The notes beneath the pieces are model-generated. The model made no database searches. It saw only the letters and a list, made by a program, of their open reading frames with translations, and had not been told where the DNA came from. Below are positions 33,852 to 34,488 of a DNA stretch of 34,488 bases, piece by piece. Position 1 is the first letter of the stretch. Each line of letters begins with the position of its first letter. This stretch comes from Octopus bimaculoides (taxonomy: Eukaryota): the NCBI RefSeq assembly GCF_001194135.2, contig NC_068994.1, forward strand, positions 47,100,639 through 47,135,126. The letters are read 5' to 3'. Position numbers and translations under genes: made by a program.

Positions 33852-34488
33852 CTGTGAAGGGAAGAAGGGACCTTGCCGTTGCTAGGTCAGTTCCAAACAA
33901 GTAGATCCATGATCATTGCATCTTATGGAGTTGGGGTATATCCAGGATTATATTTTTCGATATGTCCTTTTATTACACAATTTGAAGAATAGCTAACTTT
34001 ATTGCACATTTTGGAGGTTTGGTCAATGAGATCGGGTTTTTTTGTTTTTTTTAATGTATTTATTTATATTTATTTGACTGGTTAATGATCCCGACAAGAT
34101 GAAAGACGAGCAGAATAATAAAAAAAATCACTAATTTAAACGGTTAACACCCAACCACGAAAGCAAAAATTTGCGCCAGCGAACCGGGGTTGCGGGAGAG
34201 GACTTTCGGAAAATTCACATGATCCGATTTTTTCCCTCATAACTTAGGAAAATGGATATCTTTTAATGATAGATTACGATTATAAAGAAATTTGTGGGGG
34301 AATTTTTTTCCGATGGGTGGTGAGAGGATTTTCGAAGAGAAAGAAATTCATAATTTTTTTTTTTTTGCTTGAGTGTAATGGAAGTAAGTTTGGAAAAAAT
34401 TTTAGATTCGTTTATTTTTCGCTTGAGTAATAGAAAATGGTTTTTTAAAAAGATCCCATGTATCATGCTGAGAGAAACAAAAATTCAT

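Overview
AT-rich, microsatellite- and SINE-dense animal genomic DNA with seven N gaps. The repeat families look like those of a coleoid cephalopod (Octopus-like); this is inferred, not verified. Two convergent intron-rich genes are well supported. (1) The 3' part of SMAD4/Medea on + has five exons (3225-9403) covering the end of the linker and the whole MH2 domain. A 1-nt insertion near the stop replaces the canonical ...PLD* end with ...PTRLIPWMN*. (2) A beta-sarcoglycan (SGCB) gene on - has six coding exons (25437-18913), including a 31-nt micro-exon; its first exon is unresolved and several candidates lie at 25.5-33.8 kb. The rest is tRNA-derived SINEs, a (GAT)n-tailed retroposon family, piggyBac-, hAT- and Tc1/mariner-type MITEs, a Tc1 transposase remnant, an RTE-like LINE remnant and a Penelope-type terminus containing a minimal hammerhead ribozyme fold. 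An unclassified 806-bp ORF-bearing segment is flanked by exact 18-bp direct repeats. Most supplied ORFs are artefacts of simple repeats or N gaps. No prokaryotic-type system (CRISPR, operon) is present.
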